A stretch of DNA of 64,000 bases, the filler included, from Streblomastix strix (Eukaryota): the NCBI GenBank assembly GCA_008636045.1. It is 3 parts of 3 records of this genome, joined end to end, with 100 filler letters (N's around TTAATTAATTAA, not from the genome) between each part and the next. Parts side by side here need not be neighbours in the genome. Positions count along the whole stretch, not along the records: positions 43,764 to 64,000 come from SNRW01000447.1; 2 more parts are not named here. One strand, given 5' to 3'. The notes beneath the pieces are model-generated. The model saw only the letters and a list, made by a program, of their open reading frames with translations. It did not search any database and had not been told where the DNA came from. This document shows, piece by piece, positions 50,841 through 64,000 of this stretch. Each line of letters begins with the position of its first letter. Within the stretch, counting starts at the first letter, position 1. The position numbers were made by a program, and so were the translations under genes.

Positions 50841-53800
50841 TCAAAGAATAACGCAAAATCTGCATTAATTGTTATTATTATCAATATCCAATGAATTTGG
50901 ATTTTCAACCATATTAATTTATTATTGAATTTTTGATACATTTACTTAATCTGATTGATCATTCAACTATTCTTGTGCTATTTAGCTCTTATCATCAATG
51001 TCTTTACTATTTATATCAATTAATTATTATGATGTTGATTATTAATCTTAAATATCAACATCTAAGCTCCAAGCATTTTGCTATTATTAATTCGATTATA
51101 AATTTTATTGTTTTGGTTCATGTTTATTTGATATTTTATTATTTGCTATAACTTATGAACTTATATGTGAATTTGCCAATTATAATTGTGTATTAGGTTT
51201 ATCATGAATATACGACGTCATTAAAAATGAAGAAGCATCATCAATCATTACTGAACATTATTATGATGGAATTGTTCCATATTTATTAATTTATGTTAAT
51301 TGTTATTGAGAAATATTACGAAGAGATTGATTTTGATCAGATAATATAGATGATGAATTAATGTTAGGTTGTAATGATGATTAGTTTAATTATGTATTGC
51401 ATATTGAATTCTTTATAATTAATGTTTCATCATCTTATATAGCATATTTCTATTATGATTGCTAGCTGCAAATTTATGTATTTTAATTATATTACTTACA
51501 ATTGATTTAATTTGGATGATATGTAGGAATTAATTTTCTTTGTTATTCATCTGATAAATTGAATTATTCATCAGAATTACCAATTTCTAATTAATAAATT
51601 GGGAATTGTTCTGGAATTGGAATATTTATCATCAATTAAATTTACTTCTTTCTTTTTTTAATGGATTTATTTTAAAATTCCTTTTCTACAGTCGAAATTT
51701 ATTTTTCTTAATTATTATTATAATTATTATTTTCTTTATTTAACTATTCATTTGATTGATCCGATTTAATATGAATATCTGAATGTGAATCAATCGCTAT
51801 ATTATTAATATTATTTGATTGTTTGTTATTATCATCTAAATGTGGAGAAAAAATTATATGCTGATTATCAATGGATCTCTTTTCATCTTATTTAATACAA
51901 ACAATCTTTGGAGAAGAATTAATTGTCTATTAATCAGAACTTGAAATCAAATTTTATTTGTTTATATTCAACAAATTGGAATTTGGAGAGATTTCAAATA
52001 TTTGAGATGCTGAATGTAATTAAGTTAAAAGGGGACTTAAATATTAAAATGAACCTGATAATGGATAAGTTTATGTAATATATGATATTGAACTTATTTA
52101 TTAATCAATTTTAATGTTTTCATCTTTAATTCTTGTTTATAGTGAAGATTAAGACGATAAATGTTGAATATTGTGCTAATTGGTTGAATTTCCTTGTTAA
52201 ACCATTTAATGATGGAAATTTGTAGATTAATTAATATTATTGATATCATCTTATTCATTATTAATAAAATTAAATGGAAGTTTCAAATTTGAATCAGATT
52301 AATTCTTCTTTAAGTTATTCTTTGAATTTTATTTATTATTCTTATTAAATAATTAATTCATAGTTTTATGCAATTAAAGATTTTCGAAGTATTGATTACT
52401 TAAGCTTTTATGAAAGTGTTCTTTTTAATTATGATTATTTTATTAATTATTCTTCATATTTAAATCTTCATTATTTGAATATTATGATTATCTCTGAATA
52501 CAATTATCAATTGATGGAGAAATTAATTGAGTATATTCAGAAAACCATTAATTGCGAGTCGAATTTGTAATATCGCTCATTATTGATGGAAACGAACATT
52601 CACTTACACGATGATTCTCATCAGAAATAAATAAAATGGATGAAGATTTTTGAAAATTTCTATTTCTTATATCTGGTGCCATTTATTCTTAAAATTATCG
52701 TTATGCATTTTCTTGATTCTATTTTATTTATTATTATTATGACAATTGATATAATTTATCTGCATTTTCACTCAAATTAAATGTTATTTCGCTTTAAATA
52801 GAATCATTATCAATTTCAAATGGAGGAATTTAACCAATTGTAACTCTTCTTTAATATGATTATTTGTTGTTATGATTTGAATTGTTGGGAAATTTATATT
52901 GAATATCATTTATATGATTTTTCTATTAATTAATTAATTATTATAAAATTTGTTATTCATCTTCGTCTTATTAATCTTAATTTGCATTTGTATTTAATTC
53001 ATTATTCGATATTTTATGATTATCAACAAATAATGCTTCGTTTCTGTATAAAATATTCATTTCAGGAAGAATTTATTGTTGTTATTAATTTTACTAATTA
53101 AATGTTTTATAATTATTTGATTAATTAGAATTTTGAACTATTTGTTTAGCAGTAGAAGATTTAAATGGATATACAATGAACTATGTCTATTAAATTTAAT
53201 TTGAAGTTTTATAATGAAAAGAATTTGATCGTTTACGAGATGGAAAATGAGATCTTATCAGAGATACCGAATTAGAACGTTTCAATTATGATATATTTAT
53301 TGGGGTTGAAGAACTTTTAGGTTATTATTATTATTTAGAATTTTGTTATTTTTAATAAATTTATTATTCTTTCTTTTATTCTTCAACTTATTTTTATTCT
53401 TTAATTTGATTTTAATTATTCTATCTGTTTGAAATCAATTTTGAATTACACAAATCTGGAGTATCAAGATGTGTTTATTATGGTTATTAGTTACGAGGTG
53501 GCAATTATTGTGAAGGAGAAAATAAATCCAATTAATTGTCAATATCTTAATTTAATTGATATGTAAAAAAAGAATCAGATTAATTAGATAATTGTTGTGC
53601 TATTTGTAAGGAAGAAGAAGATTAGATTTATTTTGTATCAACTGTTGTATTTGAAGTTTTTGGCAATTATTAGATATAAGGAGAAGAAATCTTATATTGA
53701 AATTGTGATTAATTCATTTGTGTAATCATTTTAATCAAAGAAATAGTATTAAATTAATATTCATTTTGAATTGATTATTTAAGTTTCAATTCTGAAATAG

Positions 53801-55191
53801 AATTATAATCATTATTAGAATTTGTTATTCCTGTTGTTTAATTAAAATTCTTATTTATATTCTTATTATGAATTTATATTTTATTCAATTCTTCTTATTT
53901 TTCTTATATTAAAAATTCTCTCATCTGTTTCATTTCGATTTCCCAATCAAATGGTGCATTAATATCAATTTAGTTATTAGATGCTATTTTATACTGAATT
54001 GAAGTTAGTAATTAGTAATCTGGTTCTGTTGTATAATTGAGAGAAAGAATATGATCTTCGAACTATTTGAATTCTGTAGGCATAAAAGCTAATAAACTTC
54101 CACCTTGATATTGTTCTTTCAATCGTAATACTTTATCCTATTAATAAAAATATTTAATAAGGTAAAATAATAATGTAAAATAATAATTAATAAAAGTTTA
54201 TTCTTTAATATTTATTGTAATAGATATATAAAAATAATAAGCTACAAACTGGATCATTTACATTAGCCCATGGAAGAGTTCCAGTATATAACTCATCAAA
54301 AATGTAGATTAAACTCATCAAATCATCATTTCGACCCAATTCTCTTCTTCGATGAGCATTTATTGGTGCATGTTTAATTGTTCCATGGAAACTTCCTTTC
54401 ATTGATGGCTATTATTAAATATAAAATAAATATATAATTTTAACTAATTATTCATTTCAAACATTAATAATAATTCCATCTTTTATGTACAATTTCTTAC
54501 TAAGTCCAAAACCAATAAGATATATCATGTTCGATGTTTCAACTGTGCTTCCAATAACGAAATTACTCTAATTCATATAAAATATATATTTATATTAATA
54601 ATGAATGATATTATATCTAATGAATTGAACAAACTGGTTTTATGTCTCTATGAACAAAACCAGCTTTGTGTAATGCTTGAAGTGCTTCAATAGCTTATAC
54701 ACCAAACTTCAGAAGCGAATGAAGGCAGAATCAGTACGGTTTCTTGCGATTAACAAGATCACTATATATTTATGAAATATAGTACAAAATTTATTGATAT
54801 TTAAAAACATATAATAAAATAAGATATTTTCAAACTTCAATGATGGTCCAAGAAGTTCCATGGCAATAAACTTGTACTTTTTATGTGTTCCTTATTCATA
54901 AAACTATGCAAAATGTGTATTATCTTAAAAGCAAATATATTAAATACAAAATAAAAGTTTTTAAAACAAAATCAAACCAGTAAGTGCTTACAAAACCTAA
55001 ATTTCATTTGGTAGCTATGGACAATCAAGATTTATTTTCTCAAATTTGATCGCAACATGGTATGAAGCAGTTTAGTTTTTATTAATTCCATCAATAATAG
55101 CACTATATGATCCTTTACCAATCTATTCAACAATTGTATATCGATTTTTGTTGATATCGCCGGATTAAAATGAAGGACAAATTTCAAGCAT
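50841..55191 (-). pseudogene. CK1/tau-tubulin kinase-like gene with long Q/N/S tail and CaaX end; in-frame TGA
   Basis: IGKGSYS, VAIKFE, AMELLGPSL, GFVHRDIKP, YLIGFG (DFG changed to GFG), GRNDDL, LPW, PDY, PFDWE. TGA at 54731-54733 lies inside the kinase domain. It ends CRFCVIL-TGA. Confidence 0.85.
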
Positions 55192-56107
55192 GGCAAATGT
55201 TGTAAATAACTACAATTTTAATTGATATTAAAAGAAAATAAATATATATAAATAAATAAATATTAAAGGTTGAAACAACAAGGAGTATGGGTAAAATGCG
55301 AATTAAATTTGGAAATTATGTTTTGTGTGTTTATAGTGTGAACTAATATGTTTTGGAATAAATTATTAAATAGGGAATAAAATTAAAATATAGATAGCAT
55401 AGTATCAAAGTGATATTAATTATAATAAGCGTGTAAAAGTCAATTTATTATTGTTCAATTGTACAGCATATTTAACATATATAATGATATCACATAATTT
55501 AAATATATTGGAATACAATGAATTAGACGAAATTCGATTCAATTTTATCTTTAAAAATAAAAATTCCTAAACAATAGAGTTTAGAAATCAAACTAGCTCA
55601 AATCTCAACAAGTGTATGAAAAACAAAAGGTTTAATTGAGAACTTGATGTTAGAAAATATTTATAATATATGAATTTCCATAAAAATATTCATATACCTA
55701 GTAATTAAGCAGAATATGATTTATTACATATAACTCAATTCTCGAATATTTGACATAATTTACATTTTTCTCAATCAAGTGCTTTCATCAATTAGAACAA
55801 TAATTTATTGAGGAAAGTCTGATAATAATTGAGATAAGACAAAATTTAAACTTTCAAAATCCCAACTGAAGTCATTCTAAACTAGTCATTCAATGATTTG
55901 ATAGCACTATAATTTAATAAATTTACCACATATGTTTATTATATTAATGACTCAATATTAAAGAACGTGAATAATACTGGACATTATCAATTTTATTCCA
56001 AACAATTTTTTCTTCTTTTTTCTTCCCTTACTTGATTGTTCAATACTCATCTGAATTTTAATTTACATTATATATCTTTTTTTAAACTTATTTATAATTT
56101 TAGGACA

Positions 56108-57213
56108 TTGAATAAACTTCTGCTCGTGTTTGCACTCGCTTTCCTTTCAATCTGAGAAGTACGAAAACATGATTACAGGGCGTCTTTTTCAAAAGTCGAG
56201 ACAAACGTAGGTGTTAATCTTCTTTACATTTATCCAAGGGTTATCGATAACGTGGGAAACATTGTACATGATAATTCTAGGCCAGACCTACATGATGATA
56301 GAATTGAAATTGCATTCTCAGATTATAATCCATACTGAATAGGAACTTCAATTACTGATGCATCTTTCTTAACTATTTTAAAGGAAGAAGTTTTAAAGTT
56401 GAAAGCCAGCTAACCTCTGAACATGACAGAATAAGGATGCAAACCTGTTAAAGAATTGCATTATACGTCTTAAAAAGCATGGTTAGGTTACTCAATATAA
56501 GCTGTTAAAGGAGCTGATATATAACCAAGTATAATATATCTTATGAAGAACGACCCACCAAAATGGATAGTCAATCCTTCGCCTGGATCTGGAAGAGGAT
56601 ACATTGAATATGAAATGGAAGCACCAACATGTCTTGATAGTGATGAAAGCGAATAATATTATGTTTTTGATATTATTCAGAAGTATGGTGTCGTTGGTAC
56701 TGATTGTATACCAAATACAGCTGCTCCATCAAGAACAGATGCATGCACTTAGACTGGAGGTAAATACGAGAAATAACTGATTGGATACAAAGAGCTGAAT
56801 TCCATAATGGCAATAGTGATACATATAAAGAAGCTCTGATCAATTTTGGACCTGTTTAAGTAGATAATGGGATATTTATTGGATGGAAAAATAACAATTG
56901 GGTTCTTATGAGATAATCAACAGAAACAGGTGGATATTTTTTAACTACTGAATAAATTGAATAAAAAGATTAATTCTGTATGGGAATGGTATATGCAAGT
57001 TATGAAATTGAACCAGGGACATAGATTTGTACATTTAAGAATCAACCATCTTCTGAATGTGTATGTCCAGATGTAGCATCAGGAAGTTGCACTAAAACTT
57101 AATGTGAAGAAGACAAATCTATTATTATTCTTGGATCTTCAGGATCAGTAAGAATAGGTCTTTAAATGATTGAAGAAGTTCTTGTACTTCCAATTGTTGC
57201 ATTGTTCTTTTGA
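56108..57213 (+). pseudogene. Divergent papain-fold-like secreted/GPI-type surface protein, decayed
   Basis: Signal-like LNKLLLVFALAFLSI, KYGVVGTDC, YKEALINFGPV..IGW..W, a Cys-rich stalk and a hydrophobic C-terminus. TGA at 56153 and 56336, frameshift near 56790, TTG at the expected start. Confidence 0.55.
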
Positions 57214-57900
57214 TTTGAAGATGAAAGATTCAATTTAGTTGACTGCAACAATGATTAGGTGAATATAGTCAGGTATTTTGTATACTGCTACTCGTGCTTA
57301 GATTCTTGTTACTTTTTATATTTAATTTTTACTACTGGCTAATTATTTTTTGAGTTTTAATTTGTAACCACTAGTCTTATTTGCATTTCATAATAGAACC
57401 AATATGAAATAAGAAATATGATCCTACTTAATTTTTTTTATTAACTGAAAATATTTAAAGCTGATTCGCACAGTCCTTGCAGCAGTTGAGATTGAAATAC
57501 AGCAATTTAGACTAAAATTTATTATAGTATTTCAAAAAAGCTAGTAAGGCATGAGCAATATGATCTAGTTTGATTTTTCTTCTAATTGAATAAAAATCCA
57601 TATCAGTCCGGAACTGATATGCCAGAAATGGTAGTTTTTTTAATGAGAAAAAAAAATAAAATTGTGAAACCAAGAAATAGCCAGTTTCTGCCACTTTCAC
57701 AACATTTAAACAAGCGCTATGTTATATATAATTATCACTATTAATTATCCCATAAATAAATGGTAAAATAGATCAGCATTACGCATTATTGCGTACAAAT
57801 TCATTATTTTTCTGATTAATAATTGAGTCAGAAGCAAATTCTTTTTAATTATTGATATTATTTTTTGTTTTTTATATCAGAATTACATTTAGCTGTTGAA

Positions 57901-59651
57901 ATGTTTAGCTTTGCATCCGATGACTAGTTTGTTATATGCGAAACAATTGGCGATTATAAAATAGACGCTCTCATTGCTTCTGGTAGTAACGTTAGTGTTT
58001 ATACCGCAAAACCAAAAAATAGCAATACTGCTCCATAAGTTGCTGTTAAACTTGAAAGGGCCATTCCAAACCGCTTGGCTCTGAACAAGGAAATAATTAT
58101 ACTCAAAAAAGTTTAAAGTTTGCCACCACTTTTCATTTTTAATTACTATAAAGTAATTTTTTGTGCAATTTCCAAATTTAGGTTCAAATCATTATACAAA
58201 GATTTTTGAATTAGGAAAGCACAAGGATTTCAAGTATTTAGTTACTGAATTACTAGGACCAAGCTTGAGGTAATTCCAATTATTTTTCTTCATATTTTTC
58301 ACTAATTATATTACATATATATTTAATTGTATAGCGACCTTGCATATCGTCAACCTCCTTACAAATTCACCCTACATACTCTCTTGAAATTTGCCTATCA
58401 AGCGATTGAAGCACTTCAATTACTCCACTAAAATGGATTTATACACTGCGCTGTGAAATCGGTATATTATTTTTATTAATTATCAGTTATTCGTTAACAT
58501 TTATTCATTAGCATTTATTTATATAAATTTATTTGTTAATATTTATTCTTTCACATACATTATTCATTTTAATCTACAAAATTTACAATTCCAGGAAAAC
58601 TTTCTAATTGGTTTCAGAAAGTAAAATGCAGGAAATATCTACCTGATTCACTTCAATGAAAGCCGGCAGTTCAAATTCAGTGATACAACACGAGGATGTC
58701 TGCAAACTTAGATTGAAAGAGCACAAACTAATTCAAAATCCTTAATTAATTCAGATAATTTATTAAGATAAGAAGAAAACTCTAAATAACAAAATAATGA
58801 TAATGTGTATTTTAAGGATCAAACTCCAGAAGATGATCTTATAGGTGTTGTGAATATAATATCTTAATACTATGAAGATGTTGATTAAGTTAATAAGATG
58901 AAGATTAATGTATGAGATTTATTATTATTATTATTATTATTATTTTTTGTTATTAATGTTTTTAATTATATTTCATTCAAATTTTTTACTATATAAAATA
59001 CATATTTATCAAAATTATTATTATTAGTTTTATTATTAATTTTCATTTATATAAATTCAATTTTCATTTTAAATCAGCGTCGATTAAGCGAACTTGGACC
59101 TTCCAGTTCTCAAACTCAATCTAAATCTTCTCCTTCAATATTCAACGAACTGACTGAAAATATACTAAATTTCATTCCATAGGCAATCCCAAACTACAAT
59201 GTCCTTCTATTAATAATAATCAAGATCGCAAATGAAAATTTGATCGATCTAAATCTACCTTTTGAATGGGAAATTGAAATTGAATAGAAAAGTAGGATAT
59301 TAATGCAGAATTACAGCCGTGAATTGCAGATCAGAAAATAAAAAGCTCTGTAAGAATTGATGAGCAATACTGATAATTCAAATTCAGGAGGAGTAGAAAA
59401 CTACAAATTCTCAACAAATACAATGAAGGCGATGATTTAATCGCTTCCAAACCTATAAAAGCTTAGATTTTAGCTGTCAACACCAAATTTGCTGTAAATT
59501 CCACCACAGATTAAAAAATTGACTCAAATATAGCATGTATAATCAGCACCATAAAATAATCGTATAAGTTAGGAATAAACATTGCCGATTATTTAAATAT
59601 TACATTAATAATCATAATAGTAATCTGTATAAATGTAATAGTAAAAATAAC

Positions 59652-59682
<31 letters not shown>

Positions 59683-59778
59683 TCAATCTTCATCCTTTTC
59701 CGGAATCTAAATGCATAATTCATCCGACCCTGAATTGAATAATTTCAACACTCCTTATTAAATAAACAATAGCAATTC

Positions 59779-59823
<45 letters not shown>

Positions 59824-62137
59824 ATCTCCGTAATATTACAACTAGATCCTCAATTATTCGTCAAATAAAGAATATAGCCCACCTTCTAAATTGCATCATC
59901 ATAGCGTATCTCCTAAAAGGTTTTATTAGCATTAACCATCATCTTCATCTTCATTGCACCAGTCAACAATACGTCAATTAGTAAAACAATAACAGAAAGA
60001 TATAAGTTAGTAATAAATAATTAAGTAATAATCTAATTAGTAAGTGATTACGTAATAATCTAATTAGTAAGTGATTAAGTAATAATCTAATTAGTAAGTG
60101 ATTAAGTAATAATCTAATTAGTAAATAATTAAATAATAATCAAACTAATAATTAATTAAATAATAATCTAATTAATAACTAAAATCAAATTAAGATTAAA
60201 TTGAAACTTCTCCAGTTAAAAACTCACCGAAAAGTAATTCTCGTTCCCCGCTAATTAAAAACATTCAATTCTCTCCATTAAAGTTGAGTCAACAGATACC
60301 TTCATATATTTTAATACAGCCAATCCAAAATTAATCATAATTATCTTTATCATATTAGTCATTATCTTCATTATCCCAATAGTAATAATCATAATAATAA
60401 TCATAGTAGTCGTAATTTTCAATGTAATAAAATTCTACTTAAGATGAATTAGATTCACAATTAAGTGATGAGAATATATATGAACTTAACCAGTAACCTT
60501 TTCTATAAATTGATAATGATAACTAATAATAATTAGATAAGAAAGATAAAGAATAATAATTCATAATTACAAATGGAAATTCGTAAATAGAATCTGATCA
60601 ACATTATAATAATATTACTGTGTAGCAAGTGAATGATGCAAATACATTAATGACTAATGCAAATTAATTCTCTCCAATTGCTGAGATTAATACTACTGCT
60701 TTAAAACAAAATCCTAAATAACAAGTGAAATAATAATAATAATTATAATAATAATAATAAATTGCTGATATTTTGAAACCTATTCATTAATAATCCAATG
60801 ATCATGAGAATTAATAAACAAAAATATCAAATGATTAATAGAATATTTAATAATCAAAATTAAAACCATCCTCCTCCTAATTATTAAATCAATCATTAGA
60901 TTAGCAAACTCATGATGATAAAGAATAAAATTAATTATAATCGTAACAACAATAATTTTCTGATAATTAAAATTCTGATATATAAATTTAATCCCCAGCA
61001 ACAATGAAATCGACAAAACGTATCATCAAACCAAGAAAAAAAATTTCAAATGGATTTTCAGATAATTTGAAATCATCTACATAATCACTACCTTTAAATT
61101 AATAAAGCAAAGGAAAATCTTTACTTTCCATTGCTGGTTTTATGCCGGTTTAACGAGCAATATCGGATTTTAATATACCTTTTGAATCTGATAATATTAT
61201 AATTAATAACAGAATCAATAATAAAATTGGTGAAATTGATAATGATAATAGAATTAGTGAAATTGATATTAATAATAAAATTAGTTAAATTGATAATAAA
61301 GATAATAATAAAATTGATAATAAAATTGATAATAAAATTGATAACAAAATTGATGTTAATAATAACATTGGAGAAGTTGATAATAAAGATAATAATAAAA
61401 TTGATAATAAATTTGATATTAATAATAATGGAGAAGTTGATAATAAAGATAATGCAATTGAAACAAAAACAACCAATTTACCTCCAAATTTGCCTGTTTA
61501 ACAATCTGCTCTTACAATCAAAGCTAAAAGAAGAGTTGTATCATCGGCAAATCTTATTCCTCTAGATTCATAATAACAGCAATAACTATTATTACTACAG
61601 AAGAATCTAACCCTTAAGCAGAAATCTCTATTTGATATCAAACCGCCAAATTAAAATGCAGATATAATATCTCCTGTATCACAAATTTCTCCATATTCAG
61701 TTACTTAGATTACACCATTTTCTTTTTCATATGTATAGTCAGATCCTGATACTTCACCTTCCATTCCTTCATTATTGTCAAATTCAAACCCAGATTAATA
61801 AGCGAATTCTCCTGCATATTCGAATTCATCTTAGTTGTTGAATATCTCTTCGTATTAAGAAACTTCTTCTTCATCATCATCTTAATCTTCCTCCGATTAG
61901 TTGTTGAATAATTCTTCATAGTTGGATTCGTAGTTGTTGAAATCGTGCTCTTAATTAGATTAAATAGTGGCTTATAAAGATATGAGTAAGAAAAAGATGA
62001 ATATTAAGTCTGCAACTGCAAAAACAATGTAGACGTTACCAATTAGTAATGATACTTTATAAACATAATCTTAAACATAACCATCTTCTTCTTCATCTTC
62101 ATTTTAATTCAATGAATCTAATAAATAGAAGAAATGA
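57901..62137 (+). CDS. CK1/TTBK-like pseudokinase with very long Q/N/S-rich tail
   Basis: VAVKLE, LVTELLGPSL and PFEWE are kept, but HRD becomes HCA, DFG becomes HFN and the Gly-loop is IASGSNV. The first three introns are at the same positions as in the 50841-55191 gene. TGA at 62135-62137. Confidence 0.82.
60010..60175 (+). repeat. Coding 27-nt tandem repeat (KQQSNQQVI)
   Basis: Unit AAGTAATAATCTAATTAGTAAGTGATT, about 5-6 copies. Confidence 0.8.
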
Positions 62138-63220
62138 TATATAACTTAAATATGATTGAACAATATCATATTGAGTTTTTATTTATTTTTTTGTGTGTGA
62201 TGATTTAATTGTATATAAATCAAGTCATTTTCTTATATTTCAATTTTATATAAATCCTAATTGTTTTTCATAATTATATTTATTAAATCGCTTATTTATA
62301 TCATATTTTTTATTAAATCCATTATTTATATAATAATTTTTATTTATTAATACATCCTTCACTTATCATCATATTTTTTTTATATTAAATCCTTTAATAA
62401 TAATAATATTATTGTTATTAAATATTTCATCTATTTTCAAAATTTTTTTTATTAAATCATCCAATTTGAATCATAATTTATTTTATTAAATCATCCATAA
62501 CTAATATCATAATTTTCTATTAATTCTCATTTTTTAATGAATATTTGGGGAGTAAAAGATAGAAGAACATTATTATTATATTTGAATATGCATTTATTTT
62601 AATTTTACACTCCAAGTGGTGATCGTCCCATTCTAAATTATGATATTTTCTATAAATACTATTATTTATTTATTCTACAAATCCTATTTTTTTATCCGTT
62701 CCATAAATACTATTTTTTTATCCATTCCATAAATACTATTTTTTTATTTGTTAATATATAAATTTATTATTTAATTTTTTATCACATCATCATGTTCAAG
62801 TGGTATAATATTTATTTAATACCTATTTTATTTTCCTACGTGTTTCTATTGTATCTTTCATCAATAGATAATTATGTATTTTTCCTATTCAAAAATGTAA
62901 ATTCATTTATCTGTATGAATAAAAAAAAACCTTTTAATATATATTGTTGATAGAAGTTTTTATTGATAGAAGTTTTTATTGATATGAGTGATATAGTCGT
63001 TATTTAAAGATTCAAGTCACATGAATTCAAACAAAATAAATTAAAATTAAATAATAGGTTTAATTAAAAAAATCTCGTAAAAACTCTCGTAAAAAAAATA
63101 AACTCATAAGAAATCAATTCAGAAAAAACTATACTTGAAATTTGTTCTTCTTGCTTCAGTATTCAAATATCGTTAATATAAATCATATCAACTCATTCAA
63201 TATTATATCTAAATTTATTA

Positions 63221-64000
63221 TCAATCTTTCTTTGGCTCAATTTCTTTCCCAGATTCGTCGTACATTTCTTCTTCATCATCGCTTCTGGTGTCTTTGTTCA
63301 GCTTTCCATGAGCTGCCTATGAAATAATATAATGATGTATAGTAAATACATAATATATATAGATAAAATATAATAATGACACAATATAATGGTATATATA
63401 AATATAATATATATAATAATTATATATAATAAATATTTATATTATCTTCTAATATTTATACTATCTTCTAATACTTATATCTCATTTATCATATGCAACC
63501 ATCCAAAATACCTTCGATATCATCCCAAGTATCATCTTCATCCAGATCAAGTTCATGATGTAGAATCCAATCTCTAGAAGCCCCAAAAAGAAGTATGGCG
63601 TTCCTTTGATGTTGTAGTAAAGGAATGTGGCTCTGATCGATGTTATTGGGAAAATAACGCACCTGTATTTGAATATTATAAAGAATTATATAAATAAAAT
63701 AATATTATTATAAAGAATTATATAAATAAAATAATAATTATTATAAAGAATTATATTAGTAAAATAATTATTATTATAAAGAATTATATAAATAAAATTG
63801 AATCAAATTAAAAATTAAATAAAAAAAAATTAAAATATATCAATAAAATATCAACAAACCTTCCAATGAAGAACATTGGTGCCATGATCAAGAAGGGAAT
63901 CAACCCATTCTACTGGATGATACACCCAGACATGCACAAGAACATCATCACGGAGGAATATTCCTTGTTTGTAGTTTTTATCTATTTGTTTATTGGGCAC
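63221..64000 (-). CDS. 3' part of a TLC-domain ceramide synthase (LAG1/LAC1-like)
   Basis: FLIMAPMFFIGR|CVIFPITSI..LLEIGFYIMNLIWMKMILGMISK|AAHGKLNKDTRSDDEEE..KKD-TGA matches the typical CerS C-terminus (R..FP, W..I, D.RSDDE). Confidence 0.8.
63670..63800. repeat. Intronic ~32-nt tandem repeat
   Basis: ATTATAAAGAATTATATAAATAAAATAAT(A) occurs about 4 times. Confidence 0.75.

Noticed and set aside
54731..54733. In-frame TGAs as evidence of TGA reassignment (all-stop-reassigned code)
   Set aside because: Internal TGAs fall at positions expected to be different residues (K/R, W, C) and occur in genes with other lesions. Intact genes use TGG for Trp and TGA as stop.

Overview
This is AT-rich eukaryotic (protist) DNA made of three contigs (1-21788, 21889-43663, 43764-64000) joined by artificial 100-nt N/TTAATTAATTAA spacers. 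Genes carry GT-AG introns and read through TAA/TAG as Gln, with TGA as the only stop, so the supplied standard-code ORF track is mostly uninformative. The code and gene style suggest an oxymonad such as Streblomastix strix (inference). Contig 1 is a near-perfect 21.8-kb palindrome with fold-back junctions at microhomologies, most likely a whole-genome-amplification or assembly artefact. Its unique half holds a decayed DIRS-type tyrosine-recombinase retrotransposon and two TA-flanked MITEs. It also holds a 4.6-kb TIR-bounded Polinton-like element encoding only a decayed protein-primed DNA polymerase B with an inserted HNH-like Zn domain, plus fragments of a surface-protein gene and a CK1-like kinase tail. 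Contig 2 has an STE20-like kinase fragment, a 3-RRM protein, several membrane or hypothetical proteins, an intron-containing LolD/MacB-type ABC ATPase and a cluster of intronless virus-like ORFs. Contig 3 has an intron-containing FtsX/MacB-type permease, two divergent CK1/TTBK-like degenerate kinases, a papain-like surface-protein pseudogene and the 3' end of a LAG1-type ceramide synthase. All translations were done by eye, so exon boundaries are approximate.
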